DNA of 17,500 nucleotides. Origin: Promethearchaeota archaeon. Lineage in GTDB: Archaea > Asgardarchaeota > Lokiarchaeia > Sigyniarchaeales > SOKP01. The notes below the pieces were generated by a model that searched no databases, was not told the DNA's origin, and worked only from the letters and a program-made list of their open reading frames with translations. Of this stretch, positions 16,053-17,500 are shown piece by piece. A program made the translations under genes and the position numbers. Numbering within the stretch: the stretch's first letter is position 1; every line of letters begins with the position of its first letter. The stretch lies in assembly GCA_008080735.1 (NCBI GenBank), contig SHMW01000090.1, positions 1-17,500 on the forward strand, read 5' to 3'.

Positions 16053-17162
16053 TTAAAGTTGAGCTAAAATATCCATATAAACCTCTTCAATAATTTCGAA
16101 ACTCTCTAAGTCTCTTCGATTTCCGATTACAATAAGGGCAACATTTTGTAGATTTACGCAAAATATAACAGTTGAAACTCCCCCAATACTACAAGACAAC
16201 AATTTTCTATTAAAAATTTCTTGACTCGCTCTTTTGGAAGAGGTCAAAAAGCTAATAATTTCAGGAATGTTATTTTCGTATGTGTTCTTATCCTCATTAG
16301 TCTGTAAATGTTTGAATAAAATGCCCCCGTCTAAATTTACGACGAAAAATTGTGATATTTTCTCAGAATAGGTTATATCGCTAAACAGTTTCTCGAGCTT
16401 TTTCAATTTTCTGCTGAATATGTGTGATTCGTCAAACATCTCGAATATTTGTTTCTTATTCGCACTAGTTGCTTTCAGGTCATAAATTTTAACTAAAAAG
16501 ATGGAGGCTCGAATTTCTATTAACAAAATTTCGTTTTTAATTGTATTAAGCATTATCCAATTCAGTTCTTGGTTAAGATTTCTTTCGTATAGTAATTTGG
16601 ACGATTTCGTGAGTAACGGGATGAGATAACTCATTTTGTCTTTATCTACATATTGTTTTGCATAGATAAAAAGAAGATCTCCATCACCAGGCTCCAAAAA
16701 AAGCACGGATTTCAAGGAATTCCCAGCATCTATCTTCTCTATCGTCGATTCTAATACATCTAAACCATAGGCCATAAAGATTTCATTAATATTCTCATCA
16801 AATTCTTTGAATGGAGTAATATCCCCATCAAACGGTCGGTCCAACCTCTCCTCGTATTTTGCTGTGAAGGTATCCATAATTTTATGAACAATAGAATGGA
16901 TAAGTTCAATCAATTCCTCGCTTTTGGTGGTGGCAACAAATGTTAAATGCTGTTCTAGTTCTTCAAGCCGCTCGAAAATAATCTGGGTCTCCTTTAACTT
17001 TAGGGATTTAATATCCTCTCCCCTCTCCATCGTGGCAAACGAATTTAATGCTGAGAGAAAACCCCCCACCAGATCATCTTTTGACTCTTCTTCTTGCTCA
17101 TCGTGATGCCAACTATATATTACTTGTCCTCCTGTATTTAGAATAAAAAGTTCATTGATCAT
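16053..17162 (-). CDS. Longin-like domain followed by two roadblock/longin-like domains (Asgard eukaryotic signature-type protein)
   Basis: N-terminal ELFILNTGGQVIY...DLVGGFLSALNSFA...IKSLKL...LTFV. The same beta-hairpin start recurs twice (SVLFLEPGDGDLLF; QFFVVNLDGGILF), each followed by a helix and a beta-meander. Confidence 0.72.
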   Translation of the reverse strand: MINELFILNTGGQVIYSWHHDEQEEESKDDLVGGFLSALNSFATMERGEDIKSLKLKETQIIFERLEELEQHLTFVATTKSEELIELIHSIVHKIMDTFTAKYEERLDRPFDGDITPFKEFDENINEIFMAYGLDVLESTIEKIDAGNSLKSVLFLEPGDGDLLFIYAKQYVDKDKMSYLIPLLTKSSKLLYERNLNQELNWIMLNTIKNEILLIEIRASIFLVKIYDLKATSANKKQIFEMFDESHIFSRKLKKLEKLFSDITYSEKISQFFVVNLDGGILFKHLQTNEDKNTYENNIPEIISFLTSSKRASQEIFNRKLLSCSIGGVSTVIFCVNLQNVALIVIGNRRDLESFEIIEEVYMDILAQL

Positions 17163-17291
17163 GGTAAAATTGGATATAGTTCGTATAATTTTAAGATTGT
17201 TTACTACTTAATATAGATCATTTTTCAAAAATATAGATTTTATGAATTAAAAATTAAACTCTCTTCCCATAAAAAACGATTGTTTTGGAAT

Positions 17292-17498
17292 TTATTTCCA
17301 GTATGGATCCAGCTCTTTTTGTTTTTTAAATAAATATGATATGTTTGCGTATGGAGCTACAGCGTGCAATATATCCAAGACAGTGAAATACTGCTCTTTG
17401 GAAAGATGCTCTAACCATGCATGTGGAGCGTCATCCCCCCGAGTCTCATCATCGAGGTCAAAATAGAGCCCGATCTCATATTTGTCTTTCTTTGGATT
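17292..17498 (-). CDS. 3' end of a hypothetical protein (truncated by the window edge)
   Basis: Open minus-strand frame NPKKDKYEIGLYFDLDDETRGDDAPHAWLEHLSKEQYFTVLDILHAVAPYANISYLFKKQKELDPYWK* ending at TAA 17294-17292; absent from the ORF track. Confidence 0.65.
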   Translation of the reverse strand, partial: NPKKDKYEIGLYFDLDDETRGDDAPHAWLEHLSKEQYFTVLDILHAVAPYANISYLFKKQKELDPYWK

Positions 17499-17500
17499 GA

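Noticed and set aside
849-17106. Short ORFs in the track overlapping longer genes (e.g. 849..1091, 2036..2236, 4074..4319, 8504..8962, 12602..12904, 14948..15256, 16924..17106)
   Set aside because: They are antisense or out-of-frame shadows of well-supported CDSs and have no recognisable motifs.
1-17500. CRISPR array, tRNA/rRNA, transposase, integrase or defence system
   Set aside because: No regularly spaced direct repeats, no GC-rich structured RNA-like segment and no corresponding protein motifs were seen.

Overview
AT-rich (roughly one-third GC by eye), gene-dense archaeal chromosomal window, most likely from an Asgard archaeon (Lokiarchaeia/Promethearchaeota-like; inferred from archaeal HTH_10, Isf and ComDE genes alongside longin, roadblock, uDENN and Ras-like GTPase domains). 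The left two-thirds is metabolic: a partial Fe-S protein, an arylsulfotransferase-like beta-propeller interrupted by one in-frame TAA, an HTH regulator, an iron-sulfur flavoprotein, a Ser/Thr dehydratase, a GPH/MFS transporter, an M20 hydrolase, a creatininase-family hydrolase, an EamA transporter and a fused sulfopyruvate decarboxylase ComDE. The right third interleaves thiol-redox genes (a 4-Cys glutaredoxin-like protein, a methanoredoxin-like glutaredoxin and a ferredoxin:disulfide reductase) with eukaryote-like signalling proteins. The best candidate for an undescribed system is a uDENN/longin protein with a folliculin/SMCR8-type 'ARG' arginine-finger motif, fused to a degenerate small GTPase whose switch-II region is replaced by a 4-Cys cluster. 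It lies near a longin-roadblock-roadblock protein and a heme-b-like membrane domain fused to a V4R-like domain. A 52-aa ORF and a partial terminal ORF missing from the ORF track were also found. No CRISPR array, rRNA, tRNA or mobile element was seen. All family assignments come from motif recognition by eye, not from database searches.
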